A DNA stretch of 64,000 bases from Fibrobacteria bacterium (GTDB lineage: Bacteria; Fibrobacterota; Fibrobacteria; UBA11236), in assembly GCA_043745805.1 (NCBI GenBank), contig JAYTSD010000004.1, positions 1 to 64,000 on the forward strand. Direction: 5' to 3'. Below are positions 47,993 to 57,724 of the stretch, one piece after another (within the stretch, counting starts at the first letter, position 1; every line of letters begins with the position of its first letter). The notes under the pieces are model-generated. The model did no database searches and was not told where the DNA came from. It was given only the letters and a program-made list of their open reading frames with translations. Position numbers and translations under genes: made by a program.

Positions 47993-49282
47993 ATTTCTAA
48001 ACAGAAACAAATTATTTCATTAGGGTTATATGCCCTACCCTTTTTGGGAATCGCCATTATACATCGTCCCGAGGCCCATTTTTGGGCCTTTATTTTTTGC
48101 TTCCTTTGCGCTTATAGTCTCTACTGGTTTTATTGGATTCATCGCGCAATACCTTTGTCTATAGGCTTATTAGTCGGTTTGGGTTTATTACTTAGAGTAC
48201 TTTTTTTAACTCTCCAATCGGGCGATGATATTTACCGTTATCTCTGGGAAAGTAAAATGTGGGCCCAAGGATTAAATCCTTATCACTTGGCACCAAATAA
48301 CTTATCCTTAATAGCATTACGCGATGCCAATTGGGCATCTATAAATCATCCAAATTTTCCAGCCATCTATCCTCCGCTTACCCAGTTCTTTTTTTTCCTC
48401 TTCGGATTGATTTCTCGATCGATTTGGTTTTTCAAAAGCATGTTACTGGTTTTTGATTTAGCCTGTTTAATCCTATTCCTAAAACTAAGTTGCTGCATTT
48501 CCCCAGTAACAGAAAAACAAAATCAATGGTTAGCTTTATTTTTTTTAAATCCATTATGGATATTAGAAGGCGCTGGACGTGGACATTTCGAAAGTATTTT
48601 TCTGTTTTTTATTTTACTTATGCTTTGGAGTTTGCAAAAAAATCAAATCGTGAGAAGCCATATTTATTGGGCTGCCAGTCTATTGATTAAAAGTACTTCG
48701 CTATTTTTAATGCCTCTTATGGTTTTGGAATTTAATCGAAAAAATGGTGTGCTAAAAATTATCCTTAGTGCGCTAACTTTAGCTATAACTTTTACCTGTA
48801 TGCAATTAAGCGGTAATCTGGCAAATTTGCAACGCTTTGCTTTAGATTTTCAATACAATTCTTTAATCCCATTTTTGTGGCAAAAAATTTTAGGTCAAAT
48901 TCACTATACGCCACAAACTGCATTTTATACCTCGCTGACTTTGATCAGTGTGGGAATATGGGGATTATGGAATCAATGGTTCAGTAAAAATTCTTGGAAG
49001 CAACAAGGTTTATTCTGGATGGGACTAGCCCTTTTTTTTACTCCCACTTTGCATGCATGGTATTTTTTGTGGATACTTCCCTTTGCTATTTGGAATGAAT
49101 CCAAACCGTGGCTATTGGCCTGCGGAACTGTGGTATTAACTTATGCCGTGGATGCACAAGCCTTTCACACAGGGCAATGGCAAGAAATTACTTGGCTAAG
49201 ATTTCCGGAATTTGTACCGCCCTTATTGCTCCTTTTTTATTCTTGGAAGTTACATGGAAAACGCCAAAAAATTTTCGCATAG
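47993..49282 (+). CDS. Polytopic GT-C fold glycosyltransferase (GT87/DUF2029-like)
   Basis: DDIYRYLWE, GLNPY, AIYPP, NPLWILE...GH.E, PTLHAWY; many TMs. Start uncertain (ATT 47993 or TTG 48044). Confidence 0.78.
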   Translation: MSKQKQIISLGLYALPFLGIAIIHRPEAHFWAFIFCFLCAYSLYWFYWIHRAIPLSIGLLVGLGLLLRVLFLTLQSGDDIYRYLWESKMWAQGLNPYHLAPNNLSLIALRDANWASINHPNFPAIYPPLTQFFFFLFGLISRSIWFFKSMLLVFDLACLILFLKLSCCISPVTEKQNQWLALFFLNPLWILEGAGRGHFESIFLFFILLMLWSLQKNQIVRSHIYWAASLLIKSTSLFLMPLMVLEFNRKNGVLKIILSALTLAITFTCMQLSGNLANLQRFALDFQYNSLIPFLWQKILGQIHYTPQTAFYTSLTLISVGIWGLWNQWFSKNSWKQQGLFWMGLALFFTPTLHAWYFLWILPFAIWNESKPWLLACGTVVLTYAVDAQAFHTGQWQEITWLRFPEFVPPLLLLFYSWKLHGKRQKIFA

Positions 49283-49970
49283 TTGCATTATTATCCCCGT
49301 ACTCAATGAAGAAAAATCCATTGCCGCCGTATTGCAGGCTTTACCTAAAGGTTTTTTAGAAATTATTGTAGTGGATAATGGCTGCACTGACTCGACTCCC
49401 GAAATAGCACGTAACCTAGGCGCTACTATACTAAAAGAGCCGCGCAAAGGCTATGGAGCGGCTTGCCTGAAAGGCATTTCCGCCTTAAATCCAAAAACAG
49501 AAATTGTCGTTTTTATGGATGGGGATTATAGTGATTTCCCCGAAGAAATAAATAACCTGATAGCGCCGATAATAAATGATAATTATGATATGGTCATTGG
49601 TTCGCGAGTACTCGGGGCTTCTGAAAAAGGTGCGCTTTTACCGGTCGCTCGTTTTGGCAATTGGCTTTCTACTCGGCTTATTTACTGGGGTTGGGGATTT
49701 CAATATACGGATCTAGGCCCCTTTCGCAGTATTCGCTATGCGGCCTTAAAAAAAATAAATATGGTCGATCAAAATTTTGGATGGACTGTTGAAATGCAAG
49801 TCAAGGCTTTGAATTTGAAATTAAAAATAATCGAAGTTCCAGTAAGTTATAGAAAACGCTTGGGACAATCTAAAATTTCGGGAACTCTATTAGGAAGTAT
49901 CAAAGCCGGTCATAAAATTCTGTGGACTATTGGTAGGGAATGGCTCAAACTATGTTGCAAAAAAATCTAA
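49254..49970 (+). CDS. GT2 polyprenol-phosphate sugar synthase (DPM1-like)
   Basis: IIPVLNEE, VVDNGCTD, GYGAAC, FMDGD, YTDLGPFR, GWTVEMQ. Confidence 0.9.
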   Translation: MENAKKFSHSCIIIPVLNEEKSIAAVLQALPKGFLEIIVVDNGCTDSTPEIARNLGATILKEPRKGYGAACLKGISALNPKTEIVVFMDGDYSDFPEEINNLIAPIINDNYDMVIGSRVLGASEKGALLPVARFGNWLSTRLIYWGWGFQYTDLGPFRSIRYAALKKINMVDQNFGWTVEMQVKALNLKLKIIEVPVSYRKRLGQSKISGTLLGSIKAGHKILWTIGREWLKLCCKKI

Positions 49971-50019
49971 GTGAAAAAAATTCAGGCCAAGTTGTTACCT
50001 TTGCCAGGGTAGAAAAAGT

Positions 50020-51396
50020 ATGAGTTCTAATTTTTATCCCTTATCTCTTGATTTAAAAAACCAACCTGTTTTGGTAGTGGGTGCGGGCAAAATTGCTGCG
50101 CGAAAAATTCCGGAACTTTTGCAATGTGGCGCCAAGATTACCGTCATATCACCAGAGCATTCAGAAGCTTTGCAGCATTTGGCTTCGGCTTTGGATATAC
50201 GCCCAAAGGCTTATGTTTCCGGCGATGAAAATGGATATTATTTGGTATTTGCCTGTACCGATTCCGAAGCACTTAATGAAAGCATTGCTTTAAGCTGTCT
50301 CGGAAAAAAAATCCTTTGTAATACCGCCCATTCGGCAGAAAAATCTTCTTTTCACGTACCCGGTGTGATACGTAAGGGTGAAGTAACGGTAGCCATAAGT
50401 AGCGGAGGAGCCGCTCCCGGACTCACCCGTTATTTAAAAAGTAAGCTTAGTGCCTATTTGGGAGACTCCTTAGCAGGATTAACGCTTTTGCTGAAAATTT
50501 TGCGGCAAAAAGTTCGTCAAGATTATTCCCCTGCACAAGCTATTGCTTGGTTAGAGAGCTTGCCTTATGCATTGGTTTATAGTCTAGCCGACGAAAAAGG
50601 ATTAACCGAAGCCGAAGCATGGTTAGAAAATTGGCTCGAAGAAAAAAAACACCCTAAAGTTATACCTAAACGTATTATTCACCCTGTGATACTTGCTGGT
50701 GCAGGCCCTGGGCATCCTAAATTACTTACTCTAATGGCCTTAGAAGCCATACAAAATGCCGAAATCATTTTACATGACAGACTTATTCCCTTAGAGATTT
50801 TGCAAAAAGCGGCTCCCACTTGCCGATTAATTCCCGTGGAAAAAAGAGGCCATCAAGAAAGTATGCGCCAAGAGCATATCAATACTTTGCTTCTTGAGTA
50901 TGCACAAAAAGGATTTAAAGTCTTACGCCTCAAAGGTGGCGATCCCTTTATATTTGGCCGTGGTTATGAAGAAATTCAAGCTTTGGAAACGGCAAATATT
51001 GCCTGGCAAATTATTCCTGGGTTAAGCTCTGCCCTTGCAGCACCAGCGCTTGCAGGGTTACCTCTCACCCATCGGGGCATGGCGCGTTCCTTCGCGGTAA
51101 TGTCGGGCATGGCCTATGCACAAACGAATGTCGATATTCCCAAGGCGGATACCATTGTGCTACTCATGGGCTATCAACGCTTACAGGAAATTATTCCAGC
51201 TTTTATAGAAAAAGGCTGGTCGCCAGAAACACCGGTCGCCGCTATTCAAAATGGAACGCGACCGGAACAAAGACTTTGCATTTCCACTTTAAAGGACATT
51301 GCATTCGAAACTGCAAAATTGGGTTTTGATTCTCCGGTACTGCTAGTCATTGGTGAAGCCGCTGCTTTGGCAAAAACCCAAATCACTAAATCATAA
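50020..51396 (+). CDS. cysG: Siroheme synthase (precorrin-2 dehydrogenase/ferrochelatase plus uroporphyrinogen-III C-methyltransferase)
   Basis: VVGAGKIAARK, VAISSGG, GAGPG, RLKGGDPFIFGRG.EE, PLTHRG. Confidence 0.92.
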   Translation: MSSNFYPLSLDLKNQPVLVVGAGKIAARKIPELLQCGAKITVISPEHSEALQHLASALDIRPKAYVSGDENGYYLVFACTDSEALNESIALSCLGKKILCNTAHSAEKSSFHVPGVIRKGEVTVAISSGGAAPGLTRYLKSKLSAYLGDSLAGLTLLLKILRQKVRQDYSPAQAIAWLESLPYALVYSLADEKGLTEAEAWLENWLEEKKHPKVIPKRIIHPVILAGAGPGHPKLLTLMALEAIQNAEIILHDRLIPLEILQKAAPTCRLIPVEKRGHQESMRQEHINTLLLEYAQKGFKVLRLKGGDPFIFGRGYEEIQALETANIAWQIIPGLSSALAAPALAGLPLTHRGMARSFAVMSGMAYAQTNVDIPKADTIVLLMGYQRLQEIIPAFIEKGWSPETPVAAIQNGTRPEQRLCISTLKDIAFETAKLGFDSPVLLVIGEAAALAKTQITKS

Positions 51397-51449
51397 GGCA
51401 ATAAGAGTCTCCGTATTTTGCAACCCTGTATTTTTCTACCTTTGGGCCG

Positions 51450-53504
51450 ATGCAAGTAAAGCCAGTGAAAAAAACTTTTTATGTCACTACTCCCATCTAT
51501 TATGTGAATGATGCCCCTCATATTGGTCATTCCTATACCACGGTTTTAGCAGATGTATTAAATCGCTATCATCGCTTAGCGGGTGATTCTGTTTACTTTT
51601 TAACTGGTACCGATGAACATGGCCAAAAAGTTCAACAAGCCGCTGAAGCCAAAGGTTTAAATCCACAGGCACATTGCGATTTATATTCCGAACGCTTTCG
51701 TCAAGCGTGGACAAAGCTCAATATTGGTTATGATGATTTTATCCGTACCACGGATCCTAAACATAAAGCCTATGTACAAAAAATTCTTTCCCAACTTTGG
51801 GAGGCCGGTCAAATTTATGCGAATGAATACGAAGGCTGGTATTCCACGGGCGAAGAACGCTTCTTCACGGAAAAAGAATTAGTCGATGGCAAAGATCCTA
51901 TTAGTGGACGTCCCGTCGAAAAAATTCGTGAGAAAAATTATTTCTTTAAAATGTCTACTTATCAAACATGGTTGATAGAGTACATTCAACAAAATCCAGA
52001 TTTCATTTTACCGGATTTTCGCCGCAATGAAGTGCTGGGTTTTTTACGTCAGCCTTTAAATGATCTTTGCATTAGTCGACCCAAAAGCCGTTTGTCTTGG
52101 GGAGTTACCTTGCCCTTCGATGAAGATTATGTGGCCTATGTTTGGGTGGACGCTTTATTTAATTATTGCTCTGCGGTTGACGGAAAAACTCATGCGAGCG
52201 GTGAACGCATTTGGCCAGCCAGCTGTCATTTGATAGGCAAAGATATTCTCACCACCCATGCCGTATATTGGCCAACACTTTTAAAAGCCGTAGGTTACCC
52301 TTTGCCCAAACATATTTTGGCGCACGGCTGGTGGTTAATTGATAATGCCCGTATGAGTAAAACTACTGGTAATGTCGTCGATCCTTTTGTTATGGCCGAA
52401 AAATATGGCGTAGATGAATTTCGTTATTTTCTCATTCGCGATATGGTACTTGGCCAAGATGCCTCCTTTAGTGAGACGGGTTTTGTTTTACGTTTAAATT
52501 CCGATCTCGCTAATGATTTGGGAAATGGCTTAAGTCGAATTTTAAAATTATCCCAAGCTTTACAAGGTAACCTAGAAGTTAAACCTTCTTTATTACCTGA
52601 AGATATTGAATTACGCAACCTTGCAATAAACATGGCCTCCTCCTGCTTAGAAAAAGTAGCGGCCTATAAATTATCCTTTGCCGTAGAAGATATTTTACAG
52701 GTGATTCGTGCCGTGAATAAATATTTGGAAAACACGGCTCCTTGGAAATTAGTAAAACAAGGTGCCGACAATACGGAAGCCTGGGTGCGCTTGCAAACCG
52801 TGTTATTTCATGGTGCCGAAACTTTACGCCTAGTTTGCACGCTCATGCAACCTATTATGCCAGTTAAAATGGAAACCGCCCTTAAGGCTTTAGGATTCAC
52901 TTCCGAAAAATCATTATTACACTGGGGCCTAGCGCCTTTACAAACTCAGGAAATCAGCCCTTTATTTCCCCGTATTCACGATGGGCTAGAGAAATTGCCT
53001 GGTAACTCAGGGGCTACCTCCATCCAGCCAACTGATCCCTTTTCCTGCGTACAGCTTAAAGTGGCTGAAATTGTTGCGGTAGAAGATCATCCTAATGCTG
53101 AAAGCTTATATAAACTCCAAGTTCGAGTAGGTGAAGACATTCGTACGGTATGTGCGGGATTAAAAAAATATTATACTCCCGAAGCCCTACTTCATCACAA
53201 AGTGATTTTGGTTGCCAATCTTAAGCCTGCCAATTTACGGGGAGTGGAAAGTGCGGGAATGATTTTGGCTGCCGATTTACCCGAAGGCCGCATAACTTTG
53301 ATACAGGCTAGCAAAGGTGAATCCGGTGAGGATATTCACTGCGAAGGAATTTCTTCGATCCCCAAACCACAGCTTACATTAAAAGAATTTGAAAAATGTC
53401 GCTTAAGCATAAAAGAAGGCAAAGTCCAATATGCCAATAAACCTTTACTTTGCCAAAATGATTTTGTTTTTGCGAATGCCCCCGATGGAGCATCCGTACA
53501 TTAA
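51450..53504 (+). CDS. metG: Methionine--tRNA ligase with C-terminal tRNA-binding domain
   Basis: TTPIYYVND.PHIGH, TGTDEHG, YVWVDAL, RMSKT (KMSKS equivalent), NLKPANLRGVESAGM. Confidence 0.97.
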   Translation: MQVKPVKKTFYVTTPIYYVNDAPHIGHSYTTVLADVLNRYHRLAGDSVYFLTGTDEHGQKVQQAAEAKGLNPQAHCDLYSERFRQAWTKLNIGYDDFIRTTDPKHKAYVQKILSQLWEAGQIYANEYEGWYSTGEERFFTEKELVDGKDPISGRPVEKIREKNYFFKMSTYQTWLIEYIQQNPDFILPDFRRNEVLGFLRQPLNDLCISRPKSRLSWGVTLPFDEDYVAYVWVDALFNYCSAVDGKTHASGERIWPASCHLIGKDILTTHAVYWPTLLKAVGYPLPKHILAHGWWLIDNARMSKTTGNVVDPFVMAEKYGVDEFRYFLIRDMVLGQDASFSETGFVLRLNSDLANDLGNGLSRILKLSQALQGNLEVKPSLLPEDIELRNLAINMASSCLEKVAAYKLSFAVEDILQVIRAVNKYLENTAPWKLVKQGADNTEAWVRLQTVLFHGAETLRLVCTLMQPIMPVKMETALKALGFTSEKSLLHWGLAPLQTQEISPLFPRIHDGLEKLPGNSGATSIQPTDPFSCVQLKVAEIVAVEDHPNAESLYKLQVRVGEDIRTVCAGLKKYYTPEALLHHKVILVANLKPANLRGVESAGMILAADLPEGRITLIQASKGESGEDIHCEGISSIPKPQLTLKEFEKCRLSIKEGKVQYANKPLLCQNDFVFANAPDGASVH

Positions 53505-53548
53505 AAATGTTAATCTTAAATTTTATCCCGTAGCAAGTAGGAAATATT

Positions 53549-54991
53549 ATGAACGCTGAAAACCCTCAATTAACGCCCTCAAATGCTACTTCTGCAGCTG
53601 CGCCGAGTATGAAAATTATTGAGCCACAACCTCCTTTACCCGATTATTCACTCGATCAATTTCCGGCTGATATTCGTGCCATGATTGCAAAGCATAATTG
53701 GAAAGATTTAATGTTGGTGCAAAAAAAGGCTATTCCTTATTTGCTTAATGCCCAAGATATTATTGTGCAAAGTAAAACGGGTTCTGGAAAAACCGGCGCC
53801 TTCGTGTTACCTCTTTTGCAAATCATCGAAAAAAGTCATGTGGCGCCACAGGCTTTAATCATGGTACCAACACGTGAATTAGCGGTACAAGTTTATGAAG
53901 AAACCTTAAGACTTTGTGAACCCTTAGGCATCAAAGCCGTTTCTATTTTTGGAGGCGTTTCATATGGACCGCAATTAGAAGCTCTAAAAAATGGAGTGCA
54001 TATTGTGGTGGGTACTCCTGGACGCTTGCTCGATCATATTTTGAATGGCCATTTTAAATTGGATTCTATTCGCGACTTGGTTTTAGATGAAGCCGATGAA
54101 TTATTATCCATGGGTTTTTATCCCGACATGAAACGTATTCATGGTTTATTGCCGAAAGATCGTTGCACCTATTTATTCTCGGCTACTATCCCCGTTAATG
54201 TGAAAAGATTAGCCTTAGAATTTATGCGTCAGCCCAAATTCTTGAGTTTATGTCCTACCGAAATTTCGGTATCAAATATGGAACATGAATATTATGTTGT
54301 GGATTTAGCCGACAAAGATAAAACGCTCTTTCAACTCATAGAATGGACTAATCCGGAGTCCGCCATAATTTTTTGTAATACCCGTAAAGATACCAGTTAT
54401 GTTTATGAATTTTTACGCGCACGCGGATTAAAACTGGGAATTATCTCCGGCGAAATTGAGCAAAAAAATCGTCAAAAAGTAATGAAAGAATTAAAAAATG
54501 GAGAAATTCGTTTTCTAGTCGCAACGGATGTAGCCGCTCGGGGCATTGATATACAAGGCCTTACCCATGTATTTATGTACGATCATCCTGCCGATCCCGA
54601 AATTTATGTGCATCGTTCTGGACGCACCGCTCGCGCAGGAAATTCAGGTTTAGCGATTTCTATTGTAGGTCATGTAGAAGAAATTTCATTACGCAATACA
54701 GCTAATCAATTCGGCATTCCTTTTGTAAAAAAATCTTTGCCTAGCGAAGCGAGTATTACGGCTTTAATCAGCGAAAGAACTACAGTTTATTTGGAACAAG
54801 AATATCGCCAAATCAAACAACCCGAAAGACAAGGTGCGGAACGCATGTTACCCCTCCTCAATGCCTTAATCAATTCCGAAGATGAGAAAAAAGTTTTAGG
54901 AATGATACTGAATAAATTCTATTGGGAAAAATTTACTGGCTTAAAGGCAGATGAAATTGTCCCCAAATTAGCGCAAGAGTCTGAAGCTTAA
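53549..54991 (+). CDS. DEAD-box RNA helicase
   Basis: TGSGKT, PTRELA, GTPGR, DEAD, SAT, ARGID, HRSGRTAR. Confidence 0.95.
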   Translation: MNAENPQLTPSNATSAAAPSMKIIEPQPPLPDYSLDQFPADIRAMIAKHNWKDLMLVQKKAIPYLLNAQDIIVQSKTGSGKTGAFVLPLLQIIEKSHVAPQALIMVPTRELAVQVYEETLRLCEPLGIKAVSIFGGVSYGPQLEALKNGVHIVVGTPGRLLDHILNGHFKLDSIRDLVLDEADELLSMGFYPDMKRIHGLLPKDRCTYLFSATIPVNVKRLALEFMRQPKFLSLCPTEISVSNMEHEYYVVDLADKDKTLFQLIEWTNPESAIIFCNTRKDTSYVYEFLRARGLKLGIISGEIEQKNRQKVMKELKNGEIRFLVATDVAARGIDIQGLTHVFMYDHPADPEIYVHRSGRTARAGNSGLAISIVGHVEEISLRNTANQFGIPFVKKSLPSEASITALISERTTVYLEQEYRQIKQPERQGAERMLPLLNALINSEDEKKVLGMILNKFYWEKFTGLKADEIVPKLAQESEA

Positions 54992-55221
54992 TTTTTTAAG
55001 CCTAACATTTTCATTCTTTCTTCCGTTAATTTAATTTTTGATTGCGCCTGCGAGCAGGCGGAATCCTCTTTCCAAGCCTGTTCATATTGCCTCAAAGCGT
55101 TTTTATAATTGCCTTGAGAAAACTCGAAATCCCCCGTTTGCACGGTTTTAATGCAGTCCGTTTCACAGCCTAATAATCCCACTAAGCTCAAAATTCCCAT
55201 AATTTTTAAGGTCAAATGCAT
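54988..55221 (-). CDS. Small lipoprotein with a single TPR motif
   Basis: Lipobox LLGC; GDFEFSQGNYKNALRQYEQA; GGGAG RBS. Confidence 0.7.
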   Translation of the reverse strand: MHLTLKIMGILSLVGLLGCETDCIKTVQTGDFEFSQGNYKNALRQYEQAWKEDSACSQAQSKIKLTEERMKMLGLKN

Positions 55222-55319
55222 TTGGTTACTCCCATATTGCTGAACCCACCGATTTTCAATGTAAAAGGCTTTTAACTGCCCTTTCCCTAAAGTTACGCAT
55301 TTTCTAATTTCCTACTTGG

Positions 55320-56075
55320 ATGAATAAAATTAAAATCAAAACCGAAAAAGAAATTGGGCTAATGCGCGAAAGTTGTCGCTTAGCGGCAGAAGTTTTAGCC
55401 CGCGCGGGCGAACTTGTTAAACCTGGTATTTCCACTTTGGAAATTGATAGGTTTGTTCACGATTATACCGTGAAAAATGGAGCCTATCCTTCCCCACTCA
55501 ATTATCATGGTTTTCCTAAATCAGTCTGTACATCCGTTAATCACGTGGTATGTCACGGTATTCCAAATTCACAGATTTTAAAAGAAGGTGATATCATTAA
55601 CATTGATGTTACCTGTTATTTAAATGGTTATCATGGCGATACTTCCAAAACTTATGCCGTAGGAAAAATCAGTTCCGCGGCCAAAAAACTAATGGATGTT
55701 ACCTATCGCTGTTTAGAAGAAGGTGTCGCGGCGGCAAGCCCTGGAAATTATTTTGGAGATATTGGACGAGCCATTCAAGATTTAGCGGATGAATACGACT
55801 ATGGAGTCGTTCGCCAATTTTGTGGTCATGGTATTGGCCGTGCTTTTCATGAAGATCCTATGGTATTGCATTATCGCACTTCTGGTCGCGGTACAAAAAT
55901 TACTGAAGGCATGGTGTTTACGGTAGAGCCGATGATTAATGAAGGTTCTGATGATGTTTATGTAGCAGAAGACGGTTGGACCGTTTTTACGAAGGATGGC
56001 AAGCTCTCCGCTCAATACGAACATACTTTGGCGATGACTCGAAATGGACCGGAAGTATTAACTCGTTTTGAGTAA
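55320..56075 (+). CDS. map: Methionine aminopeptidase type I
   Basis: CTSVNHVVCHGIP, GDIINIDV, GHGIG, FTVEPMIN, SAQYEHT. Confidence 0.97.
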   Translation: MNKIKIKTEKEIGLMRESCRLAAEVLARAGELVKPGISTLEIDRFVHDYTVKNGAYPSPLNYHGFPKSVCTSVNHVVCHGIPNSQILKEGDIINIDVTCYLNGYHGDTSKTYAVGKISSAAKKLMDVTYRCLEEGVAAASPGNYFGDIGRAIQDLADEYDYGVVRQFCGHGIGRAFHEDPMVLHYRTSGRGTKITEGMVFTVEPMINEGSDDVYVAEDGWTVFTKDGKLSAQYEHTLAMTRNGPEVLTRFE

Positions 56076-56102
56076 ATACTTTAATACTTCCCAGTTAAAA
56101 AC

Positions 56103-56591
56103 TTAAAAATCCTCTTCCTCATCCTTGATAACAAGAAGATCACTGGCATCCATTCCTTTTTCTTCCCATTTTCTCTTCAAACGATATAAATCATCTAAAC
56201 GAACATGAAAGCCTTTGGAATCATCATCCGTAATGCCTTGTAAAATTAAGAATTCACAAACCTCAATAGCCTTGTCTAAATTCTTTTGATTCTGATAATA
56301 AGTAATCAATGCCTTGCATTGGGTGCCTGTGAATTTGGGATTATAGCTATAGGATTTAATACTACGACGAAAAAAATCTAAAGAAAACTGAGCTAGAATT
56401 TCTTTATTCATTTTTGATCGACTTTCTTTTATTTTAAAAGTCAATAAATCCAAAAATTCATGCGCCAATTCCACTTTTTCGAAAAAGCTGGCTTCGCTGT
56501 TTTGATAGGCTGTATAGTCCTCCAGAATTTCAATTTGATCTTCTTTTAAACCATTAAGCAATTTTTCTAAAATTTCTTCTTTAGAATTCAC
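56103..56591 (-). CDS. Hypothetical helical (TPR-like) cytoplasmic protein
   Basis: GTG start with AAAGGA RBS; LITYYQNQKNLDKAIEVCE resembles a TPR helix; acidic tail. Confidence 0.65.
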   Translation of the reverse strand: MNSKEEILEKLLNGLKEDQIEILEDYTAYQNSEASFFEKVELAHEFLDLLTFKIKESRSKMNKEILAQFSLDFFRRSIKSYSYNPKFTGTQCKALITYYQNQKNLDKAIEVCEFLILQGITDDDSKGFHVRLDDLYRLKRKWEEKGMDASDLLVIKDEEEDF

Positions 56592-56653
56592 GAATTTCCT
56601 TTTTCAAAAATAGAGGTGTCAAAAAATTAAAACACCCTCTGTGTAGCTGTAAC

Positions 56654-57553
56654 CTAATACCCTCGAGCAAAAATTTGGGGTAAAATAATCTTCAAATGTT
56701 TCATCATTTCATGGGCATCACGAAAACGATTTTCCTTTTTCGGAGCCACAGCCTTAGCTAAAAAGTCACTCCATTCTGCAGGAATGGTAGGCATATGGTC
56801 GATTGCCATTCCCGTAAACATGTCTGGACTTTCTTTGGCTCGCGTCATAAATACCTTTTCAGGCCTTTCAACTTTCACTGGTAAAAATCCTAATGTAAGT
56901 TCTAAGAGTACACAACCAAAGGAAAATATATCGGCGCGTCCATCTACTGTTTCACCGCGCGCTTGTTCAGGAGAAACATACAATGGAGAACCTAAAACAA
57001 AGGATTTTTCTTCGCTATATACCGTATGAAAAACGGCGGCCAAACCAAAATCAGTGATCAATATTCTTTGGGTTTTTTCTAGCCACATAATATTTTCGGG
57101 TTTAATATCGCGATGTACCACCCCTTCGTCATGGGCAAAACCCAGTACATCTAATCCTTGTTCGGCTATGCGAGCTAATTCTTCCAGATTGGGTAGGCGC
57201 TTTAAGGGCGAGGGATGCTTCTTTTTTTGCTTTAACCATTGGCTTAAATTGATGCCATCTACCAATTGCATCACAAAATAAAGCAAATCTTCTCTTTCTC
57301 CGAATTCATAAATGGTCACAATATTTGGATGCATGAGATTCGCAGCCAACTCCGCCTCTTGGCGAAAACGCTCCGCGCTTAATAAGGGGTTCAAACGGCT
57401 ACGGAAAACCACTTTCATAGCGACAGGTCGACTCAAATTGTTTTGGAATCCTCGATAAACCACCCCCATACTGCCTTCCCCAATTTTTTGCAAAAGGGTG
57501 AAGTTGCCAAAAGTTTGTCCTGCGAGGTCGGGATGAGGTGTTTTTTGATTCAT
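56654..57553 (-). CDS. Hanks-type Ser/Thr protein kinase, catalytic domain only
   Basis: IGEGSMGVVY, VAMK, HRDIKPEN, DFG, GSPLYVSPEQ, DIFSFG. Confidence 0.95.
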   Translation of the reverse strand: MNQKTPHPDLAGQTFGNFTLLQKIGEGSMGVVYRGFQNNLSRPVAMKVVFRSRLNPLLSAERFRQEAELAANLMHPNIVTIYEFGEREDLLYFVMQLVDGINLSQWLKQKKKHPSPLKRLPNLEELARIAEQGLDVLGFAHDEGVVHRDIKPENIMWLEKTQRILITDFGLAAVFHTVYSEEKSFVLGSPLYVSPEQARGETVDGRADIFSFGCVLLELTLGFLPVKVERPEKVFMTRAKESPDMFTGMAIDHMPTIPAEWSDFLAKAVAPKKENRFRDAHEMMKHLKIILPQIFARGY

Positions 57554-57724
57554 TAATTAGGAACTCTTGCTTTGCGATGTTAACTTTATGTCGTTAAATG
57601 TAGCCCATTTTAATTTTATTATACACAAAATTAAGACTTAGGGTATAATTTTTGAAGCTTAGCTAGGAATGGCAAAATGCGAGATACGAAAAATGGAATG
57701 CCAAACCTTTGGAACAAAAAATAA

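Noticed and set aside
51450..53504. MetRS with a Cys-free knuckle and RMSKT motif
   Set aside because: Within known MetRS variation.
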